Part shown: piece by piece, positions 1 to 9,098 of the stretch
Layout: each line of letters opens with the position of its first letter
Numbering within the stretch: position 1 is the first letter of the stretch
Position numbers and translations under genes: made by a program
Notes under the pieces: model-generated
Told to the model about the DNA's origin: nothing
Seen by the model: only the letters and a program-made list of their open reading frames with translations
Databases searched by the model: none
Assembly: GCA_965197585.1 (NCBI GenBank)
Contig: OZ240215.1
Span: 2,720,001-2,784,000 of the forward strand
DNA length: 64,000 nucleotides
Source of the DNA: Dehalococcoidia bacterium
Lineage (GTDB): Bacteria; Chloroflexota; Dehalococcoidia; Plut-88900
Direction: 5' to 3'

Positions 1-1
1 C

Positions 2-400
2 GGCCCGAACTTCGGGTGCGGTTCCTCCCGTGAGCATGCCGTCTGGGCCATTTACCAGCACGGGTTCAAGGCGATCATCGCTCCGTCCTTCGCCGAGATA
101 TTTCACAAGAACTGTTTCCAAAACGGCCTGTGCCCTGTGCTCCTGGACGAGGGCCAAGTCACGGACATCATGGCACGGGCTCGGGCGAAGGGGCCCGGGT
201 CCTACTCGCTCAACATTGACCTGGAGTCCTGTCTCCTCTCCGACGGCGAGGGGCTGAGTCTTCCCTTCGTCATCCACCAGGACAAGGCCACCCACGATTT
301 CCGTCGGCGTTGCCTTCTGGAGGGCCTCGACGAAATCGACCTTACTCTGCAGCACGAGGATGCGATACTCGCCTACGAGAAAGCTCGCGGAATAGCCTGA
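2..400 (+). CDS. leuD: 3-isopropylmalate dehydratase small subunit (5'-partial)
   Basis: Frame from position 2 reads GPNFGCGSSREHAVWA...APSFAEIFHKNCFQNG...LLEGLDEIDLTL, the LeuD signature. Confidence 0.93.
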   Translation, partial: GPNFGCGSSREHAVWAIYQHGFKAIIAPSFAEIFHKNCFQNGLCPVLLDEGQVTDIMARARAKGPGSYSLNIDLESCLLSDGEGLSLPFVIHQDKATHDFRRRCLLEGLDEIDLTLQHEDAILAYEKARGIA

Positions 401-412
401 GGAAATCCGACT

Positions 413-1891
413 ATGGACTGGCGGGAAGACTACAAGCGCAAGCTGTGCTCACCGGAGGAAGCCGCGGCCATGGTCAAGTCGGGAGACCTGGTCCACACGG
501 GTCTGCTGCCCATGCCCCGGCTGATAGCGGATGCGATAGTGGGGCGTCGGGAGGAATTGGGACACCTGGACGTCACGATGGTGGAGCCGGAATACGATCC
601 GGGCTTCCTGGAAAGCGCCTATTCCGACAAGTTCTCCGTAACTGTAGAGATTCACATTGGCACCGTGGCCAAATACGCTCACGATGAAAGGCGCGTTGAT
701 TACTCTCCCGTACTCTTCTCCACGTGGTTCAAGCCCTCCCTGGACCCGCGCCCGAACGCCCGGACCCCGGACGTATTCCTGTGCACCGTCTCGCCTCCAG
801 ATGACAACGGCTATTGCAGCTTTGGCGCAAACCTCTGGAACAAGCACACATTCACCAAGCTCTCCCGTACCGTCCTGGCAGAGGTGGACGAGCGTTTCAT
901 ACGCACCTACGGGGACAACTATGTTCATGTCTCGGAGATAGACGCGTTTGTGGAAAACACTCCTCCCCCCATGGATGACGAAGAACTTAAGGGCATCCTC
1001 TCCGGTATCGGAGACGAGGAGCGCCGAAACGAACTAGCGGAGGTTGCATCCCAGCTGGAGTACGATCGGCGCAGGGACTTCATTCCCCAGCTTGCCAACC
1101 TGGAACTCTCCCAAATGCGCCAGTGGGCCGCATTCTATGCAGGCCTTTCAGACCCGGGCCCAGCGGCAAGGCGAATCGCAGAATACGTATCTGAGCTAGT
1201 GCCAGATGGAGCGACCATCCAGATCGGAGCGGGAACACCCTCGACACTGCTCCCGACCCTCGGTACCTTCGACGGCAAGCAGGATCTAGGTATCCACTCG
1301 GAGATGGGCGCTCCGGGAATGATTGACCTCATCGACAAGGGAATAGTGACCGGGCGTTACACAAACACGCACCCGGGAGTGGCCCGACTTTCGGCCCTGA
1401 CCGCCACAAACATCAGCGAGCAGAAGTGGGCCGAGTACAACCCGAAGGTCGAACTGCTGGAGTCGCAGGACGTGGTAAGTATCAGGGAGCTCTCGCTAAT
1501 CGACAACATGTGCACCATCAACAACGCGTTGTCGGTGGACCTGTTCGGCCAAGTCAATTCGGAGACGGTGTTCGGGGGCAGGCTGGTGGCAGGAACGGGC
1601 GGCCAGACGGAGCTGCACATCGGGGCGACGCAGTCAAAGGGCGGCAGAGGGATTATTCTCCTAAGGTCGACAGCGTTGGGCGGGTCGGTGTCCCGGATAG
1701 TGCCCCAGCTTGAAGAGGGTGCAATAGTCACCATACCGCGCACATTTGCGGACATGGTGGTCACGGAATACGGGGTAGCTCAGCTGATGGGGAAGTCGGA
1801 CCGCCAGAGGGCGGAGGAACTGATCAACATCGCGCACCCGGACTTCCGGGCGGAGCTGCGTCGGGAGGCGCAGAGGCTGCTTTATCCGTAG
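413..1891 (+). CDS. Acetyl-CoA hydrolase / 4-hydroxybutyrate CoA-transferase family, paralogue 1
   Basis: VSPPDxxGYCSFG, HSEM (catalytic Glu), INNALSVDLFGQ, GTGGQ, VVTEYGVA, IAHPDFR; GAGGA RBS. Confidence 0.92.
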   Translation: MDWREDYKRKLCSPEEAAAMVKSGDLVHTGLLPMPRLIADAIVGRREELGHLDVTMVEPEYDPGFLESAYSDKFSVTVEIHIGTVAKYAHDERRVDYSPVLFSTWFKPSLDPRPNARTPDVFLCTVSPPDDNGYCSFGANLWNKHTFTKLSRTVLAEVDERFIRTYGDNYVHVSEIDAFVENTPPPMDDEELKGILSGIGDEERRNELAEVASQLEYDRRRDFIPQLANLELSQMRQWAAFYAGLSDPGPAARRIAEYVSELVPDGATIQIGAGTPSTLLPTLGTFDGKQDLGIHSEMGAPGMIDLIDKGIVTGRYTNTHPGVARLSALTATNISEQKWAEYNPKVELLESQDVVSIRELSLIDNMCTINNALSVDLFGQVNSETVFGGRLVAGTGGQTELHIGATQSKGGRGIILLRSTALGGSVSRIVPQLEEGAIVTIPRTFADMVVTEYGVAQLMGKSDRQRAEELINIAHPDFRAELRREAQRLLYP

Positions 1892-1897
1892 CACCCC

Positions 1898-1924
1898 ATG
1901 GACTGGCAAGAGCACTACAAGTAA
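1898..1924 (+). pseudogene. 8-codon stub of a CoA-transferase 5' end (MDWQEHYK*)
   Basis: ATGGACTGGCAAGAGCACTACAAGTAA matches the start of the paralogue at 5834 (ATGGACTGGCAAGAGCACTATAAA) and lies 6 bp after the stop of paralogue 1. Confidence 0.8.
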
Positions 1925-1954
1925 CTGTAAGGAATCGGAGTACTCACACTTACA

Positions 1955-3079
1955 ATGGTTCTCCTTAAACAAAGACCAAGGGCAGCTGAATTCTTTGCCG
2001 GGGTTGGCCTAGTACGTAAGGCATTGGAACCTTCTGGGTTCGAGGTTGTATTCGCTAACGACATCAGTCGTCACAAATATGACATCTATAGCCTGAATTT
2101 CGACCCTTCCTGCTTCAATCTGGGAGACATAACGGACCTAAAGGGCGCCAATGTCCCCGACATAGAGTTGGCAACCGCTGGCTTTCCGTGCACCGATCTA
2201 TCACTTGCTGGCTTGAGGAGAGGCCTTAGAGGTAAGCAATCGGGCACGGTCGCGGAGTTTATTCGGATACTGTGCGAGATGGGTGTGCGCCGGCCCAATG
2301 CCATAATGATTGAAAATGTTCCCGGTTTTGCTACTTCAAAACGCGGCGAAGACCTCAGAAGCATAATCTCAAACCTAAATCAGCTGGGGTATGTCTGTGA
2401 CATTTTAGAGATTGATGCGAAACGATTTGTTCCACAAAGTCGGAGTCGGTTATTTATTCTAGGAAGCACTAATGCTCGATTCGGGGTACCTGGCTGGGTA
2501 AAAAGCGACTTGCGGCCTCCTTGGATACGTGACTTTGTTTTGCGTTATCCAGAACTCGCATTCGCCTCAACAAGGTTTCCCGATCCGCCAGCTATCGATG
2601 CGGGTGGAACTTTGGACTCCGTAATAGAGCCTTTAAGTTCAGATGATCCTCTCTGGTGGGAAGAATCTCGAAAACGTCGGTTTAAGGCATCATTGTCCAT
2701 GTCTAACTTCCACAGATTGTCCACAATGTGTAATGGCGATGAACTGACGTGGGCTACTGCTTATCGTCGAACCAGACGAGTTGGCCCAGTTTGGGAGATT
2801 CGGGGTGACCGGATTAGCGGGTGCCTAAGGACCGGGAGTGGTGGGTCTTCAAGACAGGCTGTGGTAGAGGCTGGCACTGGACAATTCAGGGTCCGCTGGA
2901 TGACTGGCCGAGAATATGCTCGATTACAAGGTGCAGAGGAATTGGATCTTACGGGTGTGCCTGAGAGCAAGGCTAGATTTGCTTTGGGTGATGCAGTGTG
3001 TGTTCCCGTTGTTAAGTGGCTAGCCGAAAACTGTTTGCCCAAACTCATCAGTGAGCGTGGAGCTCTAGTTAATGCCTAG
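1955..3079 (+). CDS. DNA (cytosine-5)-methyltransferase
   Basis: Motif I FFAGVG, motif IV GFPCTDLS, motif VI ENV, motif VIII QSRSRLF, REYARLQG, GDAV; AT-richer than flanks. Confidence 0.95.
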   Translation: MVLLKQRPRAAEFFAGVGLVRKALEPSGFEVVFANDISRHKYDIYSLNFDPSCFNLGDITDLKGANVPDIELATAGFPCTDLSLAGLRRGLRGKQSGTVAEFIRILCEMGVRRPNAIMIENVPGFATSKRGEDLRSIISNLNQLGYVCDILEIDAKRFVPQSRSRLFILGSTNARFGVPGWVKSDLRPPWIRDFVLRYPELAFASTRFPDPPAIDAGGTLDSVIEPLSSDDPLWWEESRKRRFKASLSMSNFHRLSTMCNGDELTWATAYRRTRRVGPVWEIRGDRISGCLRTGSGGSSRQAVVEAGTGQFRVRWMTGREYARLQGAEELDLTGVPESKARFALGDAVCVPVVKWLAENCLPKLISERGALVNA

Positions 3080-3758
3080 GGCAAGCAAAGGCAATCCGCC
3101 AGAAGAGGTCGCGGCCATCAGGGCTGAACTCGAGAAAGCGCTAGATGCCCGCGATGGCCAAAGAAGAGTGATAGGCAATGCCAGTAAAGGTGTGTACGCC
3201 TTCTATGACTATGACGGCGAGCCTATATATGTAGGACAAACTATGGAGAAACTACGGACTCGCATTCGCCGTCACCTTACCAATCACAGGACGGATGCCG
3301 TAGCAATGAGCGTCCTCGATCCCTTTGAAGTAGCAGAGATAGAGATGTGGCCATTTTGGGACTTGCAGGGATTAAGCTCTAAAGATGAGCACACCATCTC
3401 TGCTCTTAACTCAGCCGAATACACCGTCTTCCAAAAGTTGGTTTCATCATCGGTATTCGGCGCTGTTTTAAATGAGATTCCTGTTAGGAAAGCACCAGTT
3501 ATCTCCTTACCCCCTTCATACCGATCCAGAATAGTCCCCGAACCTATCTATTCCCGCAGGATACATCCGGATATTCGCATAGCTCGCCGAGCTAGCACTA
3601 TAGCAAAGCTAGCTCAAGTCATTGCTGAAAGATCAGTTCAGCCTGGATTGAGAACAACTTTGCTTACCCAAGCACGGCGCTTGGAACACCTTGCCAAACG
3701 ACGCCTTGCAGATATTCAAGATCCTACACATGTTAAAGTAGTTAATGTGACTCATTGA
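3072..3758 (+). CDS. GIY-YIG family endonuclease (putative restriction enzyme)
   Basis: GVY-x9-IYVGQT...LRTRIRRHL signature; overlaps MTase stop. Confidence 0.8.
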   Translation: MPRASKGNPPEEVAAIRAELEKALDARDGQRRVIGNASKGVYAFYDYDGEPIYVGQTMEKLRTRIRRHLTNHRTDAVAMSVLDPFEVAEIEMWPFWDLQGLSSKDEHTISALNSAEYTVFQKLVSSSVFGAVLNEIPVRKAPVISLPPSYRSRIVPEPIYSRRIHPDIRIARRASTIAKLAQVIAERSVQPGLRTTLLTQARRLEHLAKRRLADIQDPTHVKVVNVTH

Positions 3759-3765
3759 CTAAATC

Positions 3766-4203
3766 ATGCCTGAACAGTTCTCGCCGGAACAGCGAAGTAT
3801 GATTATGTCTCGGGTACGATCGAAAGATACCGGCCCGGAAGTAGCCGTCCGGAGAGCATTACACCAGCGAGGTTTTCGATTTCGCGTTGATGTCAGTAAA
3901 CTGGCTGGCAGACCAGACATAGTTCTCAGGAAATACTATACGGTTATTTTCGTACATGGCTGCCTTTGGCACGGGCACCAATGTAAGCGGTTTAGATGGC
4001 CAGTCAACAACGCCGCCTATTGGAAAACTAAAATCGAAAAGACTATCGCCCGCGACATTGCCAACCAAAAGGTATTGCAGGAGTTCGGTTGGGACGTTCA
4101 AGTTGTGTGGGATTGCAACTTTAGGTCACAGCTAGAAGACCTGCTGTGCGTGATGGAGGCAAAGCGCCTCAAAAATGCAACGAGGATAGACGAACCAGCT
4201 TAG
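3766..4203 (+). CDS. vsr: Very-short-patch repair endonuclease
   Basis: MSRVRSKDTGPE, GRPDIV, FVHGCLWHGH, WKTKIEKTIARD, GWDVQVVWDC. Confidence 0.93.
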   Translation: MPEQFSPEQRSMIMSRVRSKDTGPEVAVRRALHQRGFRFRVDVSKLAGRPDIVLRKYYTVIFVHGCLWHGHQCKRFRWPVNNAAYWKTKIEKTIARDIANQKVLQEFGWDVQVVWDCNFRSQLEDLLCVMEAKRLKNATRIDEPA

Positions 4204-4230
4204 TCTTTGGAATCTGAGGAGACAGAATAC

Positions 4231-4278
4231 AAAAGGGGCTAGGTCGGGCCTCCATGTTTCGGGAGACCTGCCTAGCCC
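4231..4278 (-). terminator. Imperfect hairpin, possible intrinsic terminator at the cassette edge
   Basis: GGGCTAGG(4236-43)...CCTAGCCC(4271-78), preceded by AAAA (U-tract on the minus strand). Confidence 0.45.
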
Positions 4279-4344
4279 ATGTAGAGGCTGTAACTTAATA
4301 CAACCTACACTACAAATTTAGTGAGGACTACAGCGACTGTCAAC

Positions 4345-5826
4345 ATGGACTGGCAAGAAGAGTACAAACGTAAATTAATTTCTGCGGAAGAGGCTGTCAC
4401 ACTTGTAAAGTCGGGGGACCGGGTGGAGATTTCCATCTACCCCACCCCTACCCTTCTTCCCCCTGCTCTGGCCAAGCGCAGGGCGGAGCTGCGGGACGTT
4501 GAGACTGTCATGCCGGAACCCGTCTATCCCATGCCGTGGTTCGAGCCGGGATTCGAGGACTCGTTTTCTACTACCCTGGAGCTTCACGTAGGCATGGGGG
4601 GCGCACGGCCGGTCGTCGACGAGAAGCGCGCCGACTACTACCCCATCCTCTTCTCATTGTGGCACAAGCCCTACATAGACAGACCCGAGTCCGCGCCGCC
4701 TATGGACGTGTTCATGTGCACAGTCTCGCCGCCCGACCGCAATGGGTATTGCAGCTTCGGGGGGCACCTGTGGAACAAGCGGGTGCTGGCCTCACACGCG
4801 AAGATTGTCCTCGCTGAGGTCGACGAGACGTTCATCCGGACCCACGGTACGAACTACATCCACGTCTCGGACATTGACCGCTTCGTCGAAAATCGGCCGG
4901 AGCTGATGCCGGACGACGAACTGGAACGCATCATACAAGACATGCCGGACGAGGAAGGGAGTCGTGAGCTCAGGGCCGTATCCACGCGAGTCGAGGTTGA
5001 GCGGCGCTACGATTTCATTCCCAAGCTCGCCCTGATGGACGGCCCCACTATCCGAGGGTGGGCCCAAGTGTACGGTTATCAGAGCGAAACGGAGCCAATT
5101 GCCCTGACCATCGGCAAATATGTTGCTGAACTAATACCGGACGGGTCGTGCTTGCAGGTCGGTGGAGGAACGCCGTCGACACTTATACCGGGGATGGGAG
5201 TCCTGGATGAGAAGCACGACCTGGGGGTGCATTCGGAGATGTCGGCGCGGGGGTTGGTGGAACTAGTGCGGAAGGGTGTGGTGACTGGCAAGCGAAAGAA
5301 TTTTCACCCGGGGAAATACATCGTCTCGGCGCTTACGGCCTGTACCCAGGACGAGATACGGTTTACCCACAACAACCCTAATTTCGAACTGTACGACTCT
5401 CACTATGTCGTCAATATTGCCAACGTGGCGGCAAACGACAACATGGTCTCCATCAACAGCGCTATTGCCATAGACCTAACTGGTCAGATCACCTCCGAGA
5501 CGGTATTTGGGGGCAGGCTGATTGCAGGAACCGGGGGCCAGCCCGAATTGCACATGGGCGCAGTAAGCTCGCGGGGAGGGCAGGGGATAACGTGTCTGAG
5601 ATCCACGGCCATGGGCGGGGTAGTGTCGCGCATCGTGCCCCAGCACGACGCCGGAACTGCTATCACCGTGACACGGGGTTTTGCCGACTACGTGGTTACG
5701 GAATACGGTGTGGCCAGTCTTTTGGGCAAGACGTTCAGGCAGCGGGCCGAGGAGCTGATAAGCATCGCACACCCGGACTTCAGGGCCGAGCTTCGGCAGG
5801 AAGCGCAGAAGCTATTCTACCCGTAA
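4345..5826 (+). CDS. Acetyl-CoA hydrolase / 4-hydroxybutyrate CoA-transferase family, paralogue 2
   Basis: Same motifs as paralogue 1; start set at MDWQ (4345) by homology. Confidence 0.92.
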   Translation: MDWQEEYKRKLISAEEAVTLVKSGDRVEISIYPTPTLLPPALAKRRAELRDVETVMPEPVYPMPWFEPGFEDSFSTTLELHVGMGGARPVVDEKRADYYPILFSLWHKPYIDRPESAPPMDVFMCTVSPPDRNGYCSFGGHLWNKRVLASHAKIVLAEVDETFIRTHGTNYIHVSDIDRFVENRPELMPDDELERIIQDMPDEEGSRELRAVSTRVEVERRYDFIPKLALMDGPTIRGWAQVYGYQSETEPIALTIGKYVAELIPDGSCLQVGGGTPSTLIPGMGVLDEKHDLGVHSEMSARGLVELVRKGVVTGKRKNFHPGKYIVSALTACTQDEIRFTHNNPNFELYDSHYVVNIANVAANDNMVSINSAIAIDLTGQITSETVFGGRLIAGTGGQPELHMGAVSSRGGQGITCLRSTAMGGVVSRIVPQHDAGTAITVTRGFADYVVTEYGVASLLGKTFRQRAEELISIAHPDFRAELRQEAQKLFYP

Positions 5827-5833
5827 TCTCCTG

Positions 5834-7315
5834 ATGGACTGGCAAGAGCACTATAAACGTAAGCTGGTCACCGCCGACGAGGCCGTCAAGCTGGTGAAGT
5901 CGGGGGACAGGGTGGAGATTGCCATGTCGCCGACGCCCTCGGTGTTGCCGCCGGCCCTAGGGAAGCGTTGGCCCGAGCTGCGGAACGTAGAGACGGTGAT
6001 GGCCGAGCCAGGCTACCACGTGCCGTGGTATGAGCCGGGTTTCGAGGAATCATTTTCCACAACGCTGACGGTGCATATTGGGGTGAGCGGGGGTGGGACG
6101 GTGCTCGACGAGAAGCGGGCCGACTACTATCCAAGCCTATTTTCGCTGTGGCACAAGCCCGCCATTGACAGGCCCGATGCAGCTCCCCCAACCGACGTTT
6201 TCATGTGCACCGTCTCGCCGCCGGACAAGAACGGTTACTGCAGCTTTGGGCCATATCTGTGGTACAAGCGGGAGCTGGCCAAGCATGCAAAGGTGGTTTT
6301 GGCTGAGGTCAACGATCAATACATCAGGACGCACGGGACTAACTACATCCATGTTTCGGAGATAGACAGGTTCGTGGACAACTCCCCCATACCGATGCCC
6401 GACGACGAGATGGAGTCCATGATCCAAAGCATGGCGGACGAGGAGGCAAGAGAGGAACTGAGGGCCGTATCAGACCGGATCGAACCCGAGCGGCGATACG
6501 ATCTAATACCCAGGCTGGTGAAGATGGACGCCCGGGTCATGCGGCGATGGGCCGAATCGACGGGGTTCCAAAGCGAACCCGAGCCCGTTGCCCTGGCCAT
6601 ATGCCAATACGCCGCTGATCTCATTCCAGACGGGGCCTGCCTTCAAGTCGGGGGCGGAACGCCATCTACGCTGCTTCCGAGCCTGGGGGTGCTGGACGAA
6701 AAGCGTGACCTTGGGTTCCATTCCGAGATGTCGCCGAGAGGGCTAATCGACCTGGTGCGGAAGGGAGTAATAACAGGCAAGCGAAAGAACTTCCATCCTG
6801 GGAAGTATGTCACCTCATCGCTTTCCAATTGCACTCAGGAAGAGATTCTGTTCGCGCACAACAACCCGATGTTCGAGCTGCGCGATACCTCATATGTGGT
6901 AAACATCGCCAACGTGGCGGCGAACGACAATATGGTGTCCATCAACAGCGCAATCGCCGTAGACCTGACCGGCCAGATCACCGCCGAGACGGTTTTCGGG
7001 GGGAGGTTGATAGCCGGTACCGGGGGACAGCCGGAGCTTCACATGGGGGCCATAAGTTCCAGGGGTGGGCGAGCTATCACGTGCCTGCGTTCTACTGCGA
7101 TGGGGGGAGTCGTGTCACGTATAGTCCCACAGCACGACGCTGGAACTGCCATCACCGTGACCCGGGGCTTTGCGGACTACGTGGTGACCGAATATGGAGT
7201 TGCCAGCCTGTTCGGCAAGACCTTCAGGCAGAGGGCCGAGGAGCTAATCAACGTAGCACACCCGGATTTTCGGGCTGATCTCCGACGAGAGGCCCGAAAG
7301 CTCTTCTACCCGTGA
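5834..7315 (+). CDS. Acetyl-CoA hydrolase / 4-hydroxybutyrate CoA-transferase family, paralogue 3
   Basis: Same motifs; C-terminal third nearly identical to paralogue 2. Confidence 0.92.
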   Translation: MDWQEHYKRKLVTADEAVKLVKSGDRVEIAMSPTPSVLPPALGKRWPELRNVETVMAEPGYHVPWYEPGFEESFSTTLTVHIGVSGGGTVLDEKRADYYPSLFSLWHKPAIDRPDAAPPTDVFMCTVSPPDKNGYCSFGPYLWYKRELAKHAKVVLAEVNDQYIRTHGTNYIHVSEIDRFVDNSPIPMPDDEMESMIQSMADEEAREELRAVSDRIEPERRYDLIPRLVKMDARVMRRWAESTGFQSEPEPVALAICQYAADLIPDGACLQVGGGTPSTLLPSLGVLDEKRDLGFHSEMSPRGLIDLVRKGVITGKRKNFHPGKYVTSSLSNCTQEEILFAHNNPMFELRDTSYVVNIANVAANDNMVSINSAIAVDLTGQITAETVFGGRLIAGTGGQPELHMGAISSRGGRAITCLRSTAMGGVVSRIVPQHDAGTAITVTRGFADYVVTEYGVASLFGKTFRQRAEELINVAHPDFRADLRREARKLFYP

Positions 7316-8580
7316 GCCCCCGCCTGCCCTCCTTCCTGTCATTCCTGTTCCGTCAGTCCCTACCCAACGACTACCTGACCATCCAACTTGAGAGAGCATG
7401 TCGAGAAGATATCTGTCCCATCTGCATCTTCGAGGGGGAGTCACGGTACACCTGGCTCTGGTCATTCCTCTGGGAGCACGTCAACGATCCCGAGGCGCGG
7501 GACCAATTCATAGGCGCGGGTGGCCTCTGCCCCGCCGACCTCTGGCGCGCCGTCGAGCTTGCGCGACATATCATCAAAAGCTCCCTTGGGGTGGCGATGG
7601 TGTTTCAGCACCTGGTCAAGATCATCACTAAGGCTTTGGAGACCGGACACTCCAGTGAACCCTGGATAAACACTTCGCCGTGGAGGTTTGACCTGGGCAG
7701 CGGGTGCCAAGCCTGCGCCACTGCCGAAAGCGCGGCCGAGCATTCGGCAAATCGGCTACTTCTCGCCGCGTCGGTGCCCACCCCACCGCGCTGGCTTGAG
7801 TCGGCTTTCCTCCTGTGCGGCCGCCACTTTCAGGCCTTGGATGCCAAGGCCTCCAACTCGGAGTCCCGCACTCTGCTATACAACTTCCAAAACGCAGCGG
7901 CGAAAACCCAGGGTACGCCTAGCCCCGCCCGTCGTTTGGAAGCTGCGGTCAAGCCTCTTCCAGCCTTCTTCTCGGTGCCCGTCAAATCCGAGAGCCTGTA
8001 CGAGAAGGCATCGGAAAGATGTCCAGTGTGCGAGCGTGTTACCCGGCTTGAAAAGGACTCGTCTTCTCCCCCAACCACTACACTTCATTCCTGCCTGGCC
8101 CATTACCGGGCCTTCGCTGGGGCAGGGACTGCTCTATACGCTCGGTTTGCACCTGAAGAAGCGTCGCAAGCAGTAAATCAGCGTTCAGACTGCCCTTCTT
8201 GCAGCCAACGCCAAGAACTCGAGGGCCAAGCCATCGATTACACCGTTTCCCAAATTCAAGAGCGCGGGGCTCAGGACCTGCTCTGTATTTCTCACCTTAC
8301 CCGGGTCTTGGCCATGCTTCCTCGGGATAGGGGTGATGGGTTCCTGAAAGACCAATTGGACCGACTGAACACCCTGATAAAGGACCTTGACGACTTCATC
8401 GCGCTGCACGATTACCGGTACGGAAAGCAGCCGGCGGAGAACCCTGACTCTCCCTATCGGTGGGCACTCCGTTTTCTTTCTTCAGAACCTTCCATTTATG
8501 CACATCTACTGCCTCCCGGCGGGTCCGAAAAGTTTCTTCGTTCGAAGCGTCAGAGGAGGGCCTCGCTGCCCAATCCTTGA
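7312..8580 (+). CDS. Cys/His-rich protein, DUF6062-like (two related modules)
   Basis: CPIC...GGLCP...CQAC...LCGRH, then CPVC...CLAH...CPSC...LCISH, and C-terminal DFIALHDYR. Confidence 0.6.
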   Translation: MSPRLPSFLSFLFRQSLPNDYLTIQLERACREDICPICIFEGESRYTWLWSFLWEHVNDPEARDQFIGAGGLCPADLWRAVELARHIIKSSLGVAMVFQHLVKIITKALETGHSSEPWINTSPWRFDLGSGCQACATAESAAEHSANRLLLAASVPTPPRWLESAFLLCGRHFQALDAKASNSESRTLLYNFQNAAAKTQGTPSPARRLEAAVKPLPAFFSVPVKSESLYEKASERCPVCERVTRLEKDSSSPPTTTLHSCLAHYRAFAGAGTALYARFAPEEASQAVNQRSDCPSCSQRQELEGQAIDYTVSQIQERGAQDLLCISHLTRVLAMLPRDRGDGFLKDQLDRLNTLIKDLDDFIALHDYRYGKQPAENPDSPYRWALRFLSSEPSIYAHLLPPGGSEKFLRSKRQRRASLPNP

Positions 8581-8637
8581 CATAGCACCCCTCCCCTTCC
8601 TAAAATCTCAATAGGCCAATACGTCACAACGACAGGA

Positions 8638-8997
8638 ATGACACCAGCCATGACTACAGCAACCCCACTCCCCACCATCCATGTTACCGAGCAGGCGGCC
8701 AAGCAAATGATGAAGATAGCCACCAAGGAGGGCTACGACGAATTCGGCCTGCGCATGGCCGTCAAGGGCGGCGGCTGCTCGGGGCTCACGTACAAGCTCG
8801 GTTTCACAGAAACCCCGAAGAAGGACGACAAAGTCATTGAGGAGCACGGCGTCAAGCTTTTCGTAGACTTCAAGAGCATGTTCTACCTAGGCGGCACCGT
8901 TCTAGACTTCTCGGGCGGGCTGAACGGCAAGGGTTTCGAGTTCACGAATCCGAACGCCAAGACGACCTGCGGGTGTGGGAACTCGTTCTCGGTCTAA
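8638..8997 (+). CDS. iscA: A-type Fe-S carrier (IscA/HesB family)
   Basis: GGGCSGLTY and NPNAKTTCGCGNSF. Confidence 0.93.
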   Translation: MTPAMTTATPLPTIHVTEQAAKQMMKIATKEGYDEFGLRMAVKGGGCSGLTYKLGFTETPKKDDKVIEEHGVKLFVDFKSMFYLGGTVLDFSGGLNGKGFEFTNPNAKTTCGCGNSFSV

Positions 8998-9025
8998 TCG
9001 CAGTTCCAGCCCTACTTTAGCCTTT

Positions 9026-9053
9026 GGGGCCTTCCAATCAACTGGAAGGCCCC
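9026..9053 (+). terminator. Perfect 11-bp hairpin between iscA and ygfZ
   Basis: GGGGCCTTCCA-ATCAAC-TGGAAGGCCCC followed by a weak T-tract (TATCTTC). Confidence 0.55.
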
Positions 9054-9098
9054 TATCTTCTACCATTGACTCCTGAAGCACTAGAAGGACTTGCCGTT

